From Escherichia coli (GTDB lineage: Bacteria > Pseudomonadota > Gammaproteobacteria > Enterobacterales > Enterobacteriaceae): a DNA stretch of 64,000 bases. Location of the stretch: the NCBI RefSeq assembly GCF_030013595.1, contig NZ_CP122768.1. The stretch is one strand, 5' to 3'. Shown one piece after another: positions 40,501 through 51,768 of the stretch; within the stretch, counting starts at the first letter, position 1; every line of letters starts with the position of its first letter. The position numbers and the translations under genes were made by a program. Below the pieces are notes generated by a model. That model did not search any database. It had not been told where the DNA came from and worked only from the letters and a program-made list of their open reading frames with translations.

Positions 40501-41414
40501 TCGCGAATTTCCCGCTCACCACTCATAAAGATCAGAATGTCGCCAGGGCTTTCCTGACTCAGTTCGTCTACGGCGTCAAAAATCGCCTGCAACTGATCGC
40601 GCTCGGTGTCATCGGCTTCTTCAACAATCGGGCGATAGCGCACTTCCACCGGATAGGTCCGACCGGAGACTTCGATAATCGGCGCATTATTAAAGTGGCG
40701 CGAAAAGCGTTCCGGGTCGATAGTCGCGGAAGTGATAATGATTTTTAGGTCAGGACGCCGCGGCAGCAACTCTTTCAAATAGCCGAGCAGAAAATCGATA
40801 TTCAGGCTACGTTCGTGCGCTTCGTCAATAATGATAGTGTCGTACTGCATCAGCAGGCGGTCTTGCTGGATCTCCGCCAGCAGGATACCGTCGGTCATCA
40901 GCTTGACCATCGTGTTATCACTTACGTGATCGCTGAAACGCACTTTGTAACCGATGCAACCGCCCGGCTCCGTTTTCAGCTCTTCCGCAATACGGTTCGC
41001 CACCGTTCGTGCCGCCAGGCGACGCGGTTGGGTATGACCGATCAGCCCTTTAATCCCGCGCCCCAGCTCCATACAGATTTTCGGTAGCTGAGTCGTTTTA
41101 CCGGAACCGGTTTCCCCGGCGACGATCACCACCTGGTGATCACGAATCGCGTCGAGAATGTCCTGCTTTTTCTGACTAACCGGCAAATTGTCGGGATAAG
41201 TGATTTCCGGTCGTGCCGCTTCACGCAGCAGTACTTTCCCTGCCGCCTGGTCAATCTCTTTCGCCATCTCCTGGAAAATGGCCTGTTGTGCATCAGGATT
41301 TTTAACCTTCTTAACACCGTGCAGACGGCGAGAAAAACGCTGTCTGTCGCGCAGCATCAGCGAATCCAGCCGCTGCTGCAAGGCCGTAAAGGTCAATTTT
41401 TGTTGTTCTGTCAT
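37512..41414 (-). CDS. hrpA: ATP-dependent RNA helicase HrpA, 1300 aa
   Basis: ORF track; DEAH-box motifs (GETGSGKT, DEAHER). Confidence 0.9.
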   Translation of the reverse strand: MTEQQKLTFTALQQRLDSLMLRDRQRFSRRLHGVKKVKNPDAQQAIFQEMAKEIDQAAGKVLLREAARPEITYPDNLPVSQKKQDILDAIRDHQVVIVAGETGSGKTTQLPKICMELGRGIKGLIGHTQPRRLAARTVANRIAEELKTEPGGCIGYKVRFSDHVSDNTMVKLMTDGILLAEIQQDRLLMQYDTIIIDEAHERSLNIDFLLGYLKELLPRRPDLKIIITSATIDPERFSRHFNNAPIIEVSGRTYPVEVRYRPIVEEADDTERDQLQAIFDAVDELSQESPGDILIFMSGEREIRDTADALNKLNLRHTEILPLYARLSNSEQNRVFQSHSGRRIVLATNVAETSLTVPGIKYVIDPGTARISRYSYRTKVQRLPIEPISQASANQRKGRCGRVSEGICIRLYSEDDFLSRPEFTDPEILRTNLASVILQMTALGLGDIAAFPFVEAPDKRNIQDGVRLLEELGAITTDEQASAYKLTPLGRQLSQLPVDPRLARMVLEAQKHGCVREAMIITSALSIQDPRERPMDRQQASDEKHRRFHDKESDFLAFVNLWNYLGEQQKALSSNAFRRLCRTDYLNYLRVREWQDIYTQLRQVVKELGIPVNSEPAEYREIHIALLTGLLSHIGMKDADKQEYTGARNARFSIFPGSGLFKKPPKWVMVAELVETSRLWGRIAARIDPEWVEPVAQHLIKRTYSEPHWERAQGAVMATEKVTVYGLPIVAARKVNYSQIDPALCRELFIRHALVEGDWQTRHAFFRENLKLRAEVEELEHKSRRRDILVDDETLFEFYDQRISHDVISARHFDSWWKKVSRETPDLLNFEKSMLIKEGAEKISKLDYPNFWHQGNLKLRLSYQFEPGADADGVTVHIPLPLLDQVEESGFEWQIPGLRRELIIALIKSLPKPVRRNFVPAPNYAEAFLGRVTPLELPLLDSLERELRRMTGVTVDREDWHWDQVPDHLKITFRVVDDKNKKLKEGRSLQDLKDALKGKVQETLSAVADDGIEQSGLHIWSFGQLPESYEQKRGNYKVKAWPALVDERDSVAIKLFDNPLEQKQAMWNGLRRLLLLNIPSPIKYLHEKLPNKAKLGLYFNPYGKVLELIDDCISCGVDQLIDANGGPVWTEEGFAALHEKVRAELNDTVVDIAKQVEQILTAVFNINKRLKGRVDMTMALGLSDIKAQMGGLVYRGFVTGNGFKRLGDTLRYLQAIEKRLEKLAVDPHRDRAQMLKVENVQQAWQQWINKLPPARREDEDVKEIRWMIEELRVSYFAQQLGTPYPISDKRILQAMEQISG

Positions 41415-41605
41415 AACGTTAGTGGGCAGTAGGCTGCCTGATTAATTTTCTTTTAAATGATAGATATAGAGTACCACATCGCGGCTTTCTATGCGTTGTT
41501 CAATAAATTCGAACATAGGCTTCGATTTATTGCGCTATCTCTGTGGCAGGATTGTGAATAAAGTGTCAGCAAGCAACGGGGCATCGCCCATTCAAACATC
41601 TATAA

Positions 41606-42220
<615 letters not shown>

Positions 42221-42234
42221 CCGGACACGATCTT

Positions 42235-42264
42235 GATGTGGACTGTAGATATTCAGTCCACATC
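42235..42264. terminator. Bidirectional terminator hairpin between azoR and ynbD
   Basis: GATGTGGACTGTAGATATTCAGTCCACATC. Confidence 0.45.
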
Positions 42265-42273
42265 TCAATCCGC

Positions 42274-45280
<3,007 letters not shown>

Positions 45281-45352
45281 CGCTGTATTATCACTGGTGG
45301 TAAAAAAATGTTCCCCAGGGATGCGTGAATTTTACATTTTCTCTATTTTCCT

Positions 45353-46249
45353 TCAGTAACAGCAGTAGCGAATAAAATAAAAAAATACCGGAGCGGTGAA
45401 AATTAATGAGTCAATCCTGTCAAGGAGTCCGCCATGTCCTGGTAATAGTTTTCCACTATCTTTAACACCAATATCTCGTTTGATGGCTGACATCACTACA
45501 TCGCCGCAAAAACCACTAATACCAATTAACAAACCCGCTAATAATGCCTGTAATGTATCTAGCGGTGTCAGCAACGGTCCAATAATCAGTGACGCAATCA
45601 TGGTGGTGATTACGCCGCCCATCAGACCTTCCAATGTTTTTCCCGGGCTGACTTTAGGGACCACTTTTCTTCTGCCGCAGGATTTTCCCCATAAATACTG
45701 TGCAATATCGTTTGACTCGGTTAATGCCAAAAGAAATAACACCAGTAACGCCCCGCCCTGGATATTTGTGGTTGGCAACATTAATAACCAGGCGGCATGA
45801 CTCAAGGCGAAAACGGTCATTATCCAGCCACAAAAAATGGCGCTCACGGTATGCAGAAAACCGGAGGGGTCACCCACTAAAACTCGCCAGGTGGCTAATA
45901 TCAGAAACCCAGCCAAAGGTATAAATAACAGAAACAGCTCAAAGCAATTAAAACCGATAAGCAAATAGTTAAGAGGAATACCCCAATATAACCAACGCGG
46001 AAAATGTACAGATATAAGCGTACAATATTCTTTCAATGCCAGAAAACTTATCAGCGCAAAAAACGTCAACGTCATCCAGCGTGGACCTGAAATCACCATT
46101 GAAAAACAAATGACGATGCCCCACCAGGTACGAATACGTAATGTAACTTCATCCCCTTTTCTCTCCGGTAACCGCCATACCAGAAAACGGTTTATCAGCG
46201 TTGCTAAAATTAACAACGCGAAAAGTGTTGCCAGAGATTTTTCCAGCAT
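45353..46249 (-). CDS. ynbB: CDP-diglyceride synthetase-like protein, 298 aa
   Basis: ORF track; CdsA-like C-terminal motif. Confidence 0.7.
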   Translation of the reverse strand: MLEKSLATLFALLILATLINRFLVWRLPERKGDEVTLRIRTWWGIVICFSMVISGPRWMTLTFFALISFLALKEYCTLISVHFPRWLYWGIPLNYLLIGFNCFELFLLFIPLAGFLILATWRVLVGDPSGFLHTVSAIFCGWIMTVFALSHAAWLLMLPTTNIQGGALLVLFLLALTESNDIAQYLWGKSCGRRKVVPKVSPGKTLEGLMGGVITTMIASLIIGPLLTPLDTLQALLAGLLIGISGFCGDVVMSAIKRDIGVKDSGKLLPGHGGLLDRIDSLIFTAPVFFYFIRYCCY

Positions 46250-46860
46250 TATCTTTCAGCGCTCATAAGAAGCACACTCCGACAACGATTAATCGCAGTC
46301 CAGAGAAGCAGAATTGAAGTAATGCTCCATAAAAGATTATTCCATTGCATCCATTGTGGATAAATGGCAATGGCCAGCCCCCACAAACCAAATATTAACG
46401 CGCGATCGCTTTTGCCAAATGGACCGACATAACTACGAATACCGTTAATCGTCTGCGCGAGTAAACCGCAAAACTCGGTCAATATGGTGCAAAATAACAT
46501 GAGTATCACGAGTGATGCATTACTTTCAGGTAAAAATAAAAACGGTAAATAGAGCGCAATATCGGAAATAACATCGCCAGTCTCATTCAAAATCGCCCCA
46601 AGACGTGTTTGCTGATTGCACTCACGCGCCAACATGCCATCCAGCGCATTGAGTGCCATACGAATAAAAAGCACGATGGGCAATAGCAGAAACATGCCAG
46701 GATATGGCACCAACGCCAACAACAAACCGGTGAGAAGAGAAAGTGCCAAAGCGGCAAGTGTGATCTGATTTGCAGACACTTGCAGCTTATGAAGCCAAAA
46801 CATCGTCGGCCTTAACAGCGACTGAAAGAGCGGTTTTATCTGGTAGAGCGTCATTATCAA
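46249..46860 (-). CDS. ynbA: CDP-alcohol phosphatidyltransferase-like membrane protein, 203 aa
   Basis: ORF track; D..DG motif. Confidence 0.7.
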   Translation of the reverse strand: MIMTLYQIKPLFQSLLRPTMFWLHKLQVSANQITLAALALSLLTGLLLALVPYPGMFLLLPIVLFIRMALNALDGMLARECNQQTRLGAILNETGDVISDIALYLPFLFLPESNASLVILMLFCTILTEFCGLLAQTINGIRSYVGPFGKSDRALIFGLWGLAIAIYPQWMQWNNLLWSITSILLLWTAINRCRSVLLMSAER

Positions 46861-47024
46861 TCCTTGATAATTCTGTTTGCGCTATGGTGCATCAATTCCC
46901 CTGACGGAGATATCGCAACACGCCGCTTCATTAAAAATTCAGAATATATCAAGGTATTGGGGACTCACCGTCAGGAATGATTATCCCCAATAAATCAAGT
47001 GGTTAAAAATTATTACGCTGTTAT

Positions 47025-49337
47025 TCAATACAACTCATCAAGTTTTCTCATCGCTTGTTCCCGTATTGCGCGCGTCTTACCGTTAAGCGCCAGCTGCCGA
47101 ACTAAATCCAGTTCAGGGTTAACAAGCTCTAACGCCAGCAAAGGATCACGTTTCAGCCTCGCCTTTAATACATCAACTGGAAAACGGGGATTATTCATCG
47201 CCACAATCCACCACTCGGGATCAATTTCTGCCGCCAGTACTGCAGGCGGTGTGTGGCGGTTGCTAAGTGCGCCGAACTTGAAAAATGTGAGATTGCTTTT
47301 CGCCAGTGTACTCCACCATATACGATCCGGTTGTTTTGCCAGTACATCCAGTTGTGCTAACGCATCGGGGTCTAGTGCATAATATACACGTAACGCTTCG
47401 TTAACCTGCGCACGGGAACTGTTTTCCTGCCTCAGAAAAAACTTCGCCAAAATATCATTGCGTGGCGTGTTTTGCTGTAATTCCTTGAGAACAACAGCGG
47501 GTAAATTATCCCAACTAATTAATGCACTCTCTAAAAAGTCCCAGCCTTCCGAACGTATCAGAGAGGTGGCATTTAATAGCATCTGGTCATCAACTTCACC
47601 GTGGCTAATCAGCTCAGACAAAATCATATCAGCGCTGGTTTCATATGCTGCAGAATCTGCTTTCGGATTATTTTTTCGATGCGATAAAGCGCGATGCCAA
47701 ATTTTTTGTTTCATCGCCGTACTCAGATACTGATTTTTCGCCAGATTACTCCACCCCGCAGGATCGTTGAAACGTGTCAATAACCGTTGTAAAGCGGCGT
47801 CAGAGTGAATTACCTGCATATCCTGACAGCAAAAATAGGCAGGAAATTTTTTCTCCATCTTTTTAACAAAATTAAACTGTAAGTTATCTGGCAATGCTAA
47901 AAATAACACACGTATTAGATCATCGTCATTCTCGAATTTTTGGTGTAAATATACTGCTATTTTGTCACTCTCTTGTGGCGTCATCCGCAACAATTGACCA
48001 TGGTGTTTCATCTCTGCCAGCTTTGACGCTAAGCTTGTGACAACATCGTTTGATGAATCGTTCGCCAACTGCATTGCCTGATTGTAGGTGAGTTGTCCTC
48101 CAGCACCGACCTGACGAATAGAGAAATCATCACTGCGGATATAGCCATCAATAATGGATTCGGGCAATAACCACGCATCTTTATAAAGCTCCTGAATGAT
48201 CATATCCCAATCTCTTTTCGCCAGAGTCATGACGATATCCAGAGGGAGATTTTCACGTAGCGCAAGATTCAACGGACCGACACCATCAGGTAGATGACTC
48301 ATTCGCGTCATTATTTCGACAGAGAGCGGTTCACGGTCGAGCAACCCCAGAACAACAGGCTGGTAACCCAATTGCTGATCGGTCAACTCCAGAATCTCAT
48401 TGTCAGGCATATATCTCGCCATACTTGCAATCGTTTGTCCATCATTGCTATTAATAAGTTGTTTGCGTAGGTTAGCTGAAATTCCTTTAAGCCTTGGGAG
48501 AGTTCGCATTACGGCAAGATCAAATGTCGCAATGTCTCGTCCTTCAAATGCAGCAACTTTGCCTTCATCCAGCATTTGCAATTCCTGCACTAACTCAGGA
48601 GAAGGCTTAGGGCGAAACAGCGCTTCTTTTTTCATCTGATTACAGACATTCCCTGCCATGCGAATATTGCTTCGCTTAAAAATTTCTTTCAGAGCATCTT
48701 CATCATTTATTAGGCCCCAATAATATGCATCAGGATTTATTATCGCCAGCGCTTTTTTGACATTTTCAGTGTCATTTTTGTCACTCGCACGGACCATGAA
48801 TTCACTATTTGTCGAAGACGCAACAACAGGTGCAATTATGTCATTGATAAATATCCCACGCGCATTAATACTCCCCTTAATCGTAGACGGATTATCGTAA
48901 TATGAGTCGATAAATACCAGTCCACTTGCATTTATCGAACCGGTAATTAACAGTGGTGAATCCGTAACTATATTCGTTGCCGTCACATCACCGAGAATAA
49001 CCCATGGATTAGAAAGAGAGAAAGTGGAAATATTACCTTTGACTGTCAAATTGCCAAGAACAATCAATTTTTGATTACTCTCTATATTACCTTCTACCAC
49101 TAAATCGCCACGATGCACTTTCCAGTCCGATGCAGATAAACCGAAGGGGACAAGATTCACGCTACTGTTGATAGCTTGTTCAACTTGTTGTTTATCTTCA
49201 GCGGTAGCCGCAGAAAAAAATGGTTCAATATCAACTGCATTTGCAACACATCGAAGTTCCGCCTGTACTGGAAGACTCAGCATAAACAGGGGAAGTAAAC
49301 CTATCCAGCTGCAAATCCTGGGCTTAAACATATGCAC
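47025..49337 (-). CDS. ydbD: Uncharacterised protein YdbD (770 aa tracked from GTG; 768 aa from ATG at 49331)
   Basis: ORF track; signal peptide. Confidence 0.7.
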   Translation of the reverse strand: MHMFKPRICSWIGLLPLFMLSLPVQAELRCVANAVDIEPFFSAATAEDKQQVEQAINSSVNLVPFGLSASDWKVHRGDLVVEGNIESNQKLIVLGNLTVKGNISTFSLSNPWVILGDVTATNIVTDSPLLITGSINASGLVFIDSYYDNPSTIKGSINARGIFINDIIAPVVASSTNSEFMVRASDKNDTENVKKALAIINPDAYYWGLINDEDALKEIFKRSNIRMAGNVCNQMKKEALFRPKPSPELVQELQMLDEGKVAAFEGRDIATFDLAVMRTLPRLKGISANLRKQLINSNDGQTIASMARYMPDNEILELTDQQLGYQPVVLGLLDREPLSVEIMTRMSHLPDGVGPLNLALRENLPLDIVMTLAKRDWDMIIQELYKDAWLLPESIIDGYIRSDDFSIRQVGAGGQLTYNQAMQLANDSSNDVVTSLASKLAEMKHHGQLLRMTPQESDKIAVYLHQKFENDDDLIRVLFLALPDNLQFNFVKKMEKKFPAYFCCQDMQVIHSDAALQRLLTRFNDPAGWSNLAKNQYLSTAMKQKIWHRALSHRKNNPKADSAAYETSADMILSELISHGEVDDQMLLNATSLIRSEGWDFLESALISWDNLPAVVLKELQQNTPRNDILAKFFLRQENSSRAQVNEALRVYYALDPDALAQLDVLAKQPDRIWWSTLAKSNLTFFKFGALSNRHTPPAVLAAEIDPEWWIVAMNNPRFPVDVLKARLKRDPLLALELVNPELDLVRQLALNGKTRAIREQAMRKLDELY

Positions 49338-49353
49338 TCCATGCCATTAAAAA

Positions 49354-50062
49354 AGAATAAATATCCTCCGGCATAGCCGGAGGTTTTTCAAATGCGCCTG
49401 TAAGGCTCTGTTACCAGCCGCGCCCTAACAGGCGCATACGATCTGACATTTGCATTCAACTTCGTTACTTACGGCCCGTAAACGGGCTGCCCGGATATGG
49501 AATCGATAACTGCTCCCCCATTTTATCCTCTTCAAGCTGGTGCTTTATGTAGTCCTGTATCTTCGCCGTGTTCTTACCCACCGTATCGACATAGTACCCT
49601 CGGCACCAGAACTCCCTGTTTCTGTATTTGAATTTCAAATCCCCAAACTGCTCGTAAAGCATCAGACTGCTTTTCCCTTTCAGATATCCCATAAAGCCGG
49701 ATACGCTCATTTTGGGTGGGATTTCCACAAGCATATGGATATGATCTGCGCAGCACTCTGCTTCCAGAATCCGTACGCTTTTCCACTCACACAGCTTTCT
49801 CAAAATACTGCCTATCGCCCTACGCTTCTCTCCGTAAAACGCCAGTCTTCGGTATTTCGGCGCAAAAACTATGTGATATTTACAGTTCCAGCGGGTGTGC
49901 GCTAAGCTCTTTTCGTCCCCCATTGGGACCCCCTTTTGATTTCTTGTTTGACACTTGCAGTTGCCAGACCGCAAGGTGTTTTAACAAATCAAAAGGGGTT
50001 TTAATAACTGGCTCAAAGCTGAAAGCTTTCCGGAACCCCCAGCCTAGCTGGGGGTTTTCTGT
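49354..50062 (-). mobile_element. IS200 (IS200/IS605 family), ~709 bp; boundaries approximate
   Basis: Contains tnpA; LE perfect hairpin AACCCCCAGC-CTA-GCTGGGGGTT at 50034-50056; RE hairpin CCTCCGGCATAGCCGGAGG at ~49365-49383. Confidence 0.8.
49465..49923 (-). CDS. tnpA: IS200 transposase TnpA (Y1/HUH), 152 aa
   Basis: MGDEKSLAHTRWNCKYHIVFAPKYRR.. with HxH motif (ADHIHMLVEIPP); inside tracked ORF 49465..49974. Confidence 0.85.
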   Translation of the reverse strand: MGDEKSLAHTRWNCKYHIVFAPKYRRLAFYGEKRRAIGSILRKLCEWKSVRILEAECCADHIHMLVEIPPKMSVSGFMGYLKGKSSLMLYEQFGDLKFKYRNREFWCRGYYVDTVGKNTAKIQDYIKHQLEEDKMGEQLSIPYPGSPFTGRK

Positions 50063-50145
50063 GCACAAATAAAAAACCGCAACCTGTATCAGCGTTGCGG
50101 TTTGTGTATCACATGCTAAAAATTAGAACGTCCAGCATCAGGACG

Positions 50146-50736
50146 TTACTGTTTCGGTCGCAGATTCTCATCAAATACCAGGCGCTGCCTGCCAGGTTCA
50201 ACTTCCCGCAATGGCTCGACTTGATGTAACGTCTGCTTACAGCGTGTCACCAGCACCTGGTACTCATGCGCACCCTGCTTTTTCCATGCCAACTCCTGCT
50301 CACTGAGTTCACGAATCGCTTTCGCCGGGCTGCCGACAATCAGGTAATTAGCTGGCATTTCTGCTTTGGCTTTCACAAATGCGGATGCGCCAACAATGCT
50401 GTTCTCGCCAATCACCGCACCGTCTATCACTACCGCGTTCATTCCCACTAATGCATTGCGGCGGATAATGCAGCCGTGAAGGATAGCGCTATGACCAATA
50501 TGTCCATCTTCTTCCACGACAGTATCCTGCTCGGGAAAACCGTGCATAACGCAATTATCCTGAATGTTCGCGCCATCTTTCACCACGATACGACCAAAAT
50601 CGCCACGCAGGCTGGCATTTGGCCCAACGTAAACACCCTTGCCGAGAATAACATCGCCGATCAATACCGCTGTCGGATGAACAAAACTCTCTTCTGGCAC
50701 AACCGGAGTCAGACCGTCTATCTGATAAATTGGCAT
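50146..50736 (-). CDS. paaY: Phenylacetic acid degradation protein PaaY (hexapeptide-repeat), 196 aa
   Basis: ORF track; left-handed beta-helix repeats. Confidence 0.8.
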   Translation of the reverse strand: MPIYQIDGLTPVVPEESFVHPTAVLIGDVILGKGVYVGPNASLRGDFGRIVVKDGANIQDNCVMHGFPEQDTVVEEDGHIGHSAILHGCIIRRNALVGMNAVVIDGAVIGENSIVGASAFVKAKAEMPANYLIVGSPAKAIRELSEQELAWKKQGAHEYQVLVTRCKQTLHQVEPLREVEPGRQRLVFDENLRPKQ

Positions 50737-50850
50737 AACGCGTCCTGTTCAATATTCAAGCCGCCAAAACGTTGAAAATACAGGCTTCCCGGCGCAGGCA
50801 GTTCACCGACCGAGGTTTCACCTTTTTCACTAACGAACGCTAAAGCAGCA
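50737..50850 (-). pseudogene. paaX: Probable 3' remnant of paaX
   Basis: Minus-frame coding potential immediately upstream of and overlapping paaY start; inferred from K-12 paaXY arrangement only. Confidence 0.3.
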
Positions 50851-50852
50851 GG

Positions 50853-51077
50853 CGCTACGCGCTGATAAAGTTTGCCGATAAAGGTTTGGTGGTCGCGCAA
50901 TATATTCGTAACCGTCGTCTCGATTTTTGTGCTGATGCGATTCGCCATGCCGCAGATGATGAAAAACTGGCAGGTATTGGCTTTCATTGGGGATTTTCCG
51001 ATCAGAGTCATTTTTCAACGGTATTTAAGCAACGCTTTGGGATGACGCCAGGCGAGTATCGACGTAAATTCCGCTAA
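50853..51077 (+). pseudogene. feaR: 3' remnant of AraC-family regulator gene feaR
   Basis: Plus frame encodes only the AraC-type C-terminal HTH (..IGFHWGFSDQSHFSTVFKQRFGMTPGEYRRKFR), open from a stop at ~50850, no plausible N-terminus. Confidence 0.5.
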
Positions 51078-51248
51078 CTAATTCGCGTTGCATGTACAGC
51101 AACGCGAATTAGTTAAAACAGATATTTGACTATGCATTTTTCAGGGCGAAAGGCAATTTGACAGGAATTTTTGAATATTCACCTTGTTTCCGGAAAATAG
51201 AATAATCGCCTTCTCCTGTAGCGTTATCCCGATATTGCGGTTTTGCTA

Positions 51249-51575
51249 TTAAAATTTTCGCACCCATTTACCGTTTATCCCTTGTACATATTCCCCCGGT
51301 TTAGCCCGAGCTACGAGCTTTTGCCCGGCGAGTTTCGCGATATCATCTACCGAGACATTATTTTGCTTTGCCAGTTGTTGGTAACTCGCTTTACGTTCGG
51401 CATTAATGTCGTTTACTAATTTCTCTGTTTCAGCATCTGTTTTCAGCGCAACCAGATAACCATAAAATGTTTCCCCTACCCGCCCCTGAGTTCTGGCTTC
51501 ATCCAGAGTCAATGCCATTACATTGCTGCTTACAAGCCCAACAAGAAACGCACAAAGAAGTAATGTTTTCTTCAT
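51249..51575 (-). CDS. ydbL: DUF1318 periplasmic protein YdbL, 108 aa
   Basis: Start MMKKTLLLCAF.. inside tracked ORF 51249..51656. Confidence 0.7.
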   Translation of the reverse strand: MKKTLLLCAFLVGLVSSNVMALTLDEARTQGRVGETFYGYLVALKTDAETEKLVNDINAERKASYQQLAKQNNVSVDDIAKLAGQKLVARAKPGEYVQGINGKWVRKF

Positions 51576-51582
51576 CATCGCC

Positions 51583-51768
51583 TCAGAAAAGATCGCTACG
51601 AGTCTCAAGCAGCTCTTCGACATCTTTGTCTGCCTTGATGATGATCTCATGCTCAATTTTAACGTTCATATTGATAGTGATCGGTTCCTTAGGTGCAGCG
51701 ACTTCAATGCGAGGCGTACAGCCAACCAGCATAAAAGATGACGTCAACGCAGCCAGTAAAATTTTCAT
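51583..51768 (-). CDS. ynbE: Lipoprotein YnbE, 61 aa
   Basis: ORF track; lipobox LVGC. Confidence 0.7.
   Translation of the reverse strand: MKILLAALTSSFMLVGCTPRIEVAAPKEPITINMNVKIEHEIIIKADKDVEELLETRSDLF

Noticed and set aside
45335-45337. Upstream ATG as the ynbC start
   Set aside because: The next in-frame codon is TAA, so it cannot initiate this ORF.
50718-51011. Minus-strand ORF 50718..51011 (97 aa) as an intact gene
   Set aside because: Chimeric reading across the deletion junction; its first half is the antisense of the feaR remnant.
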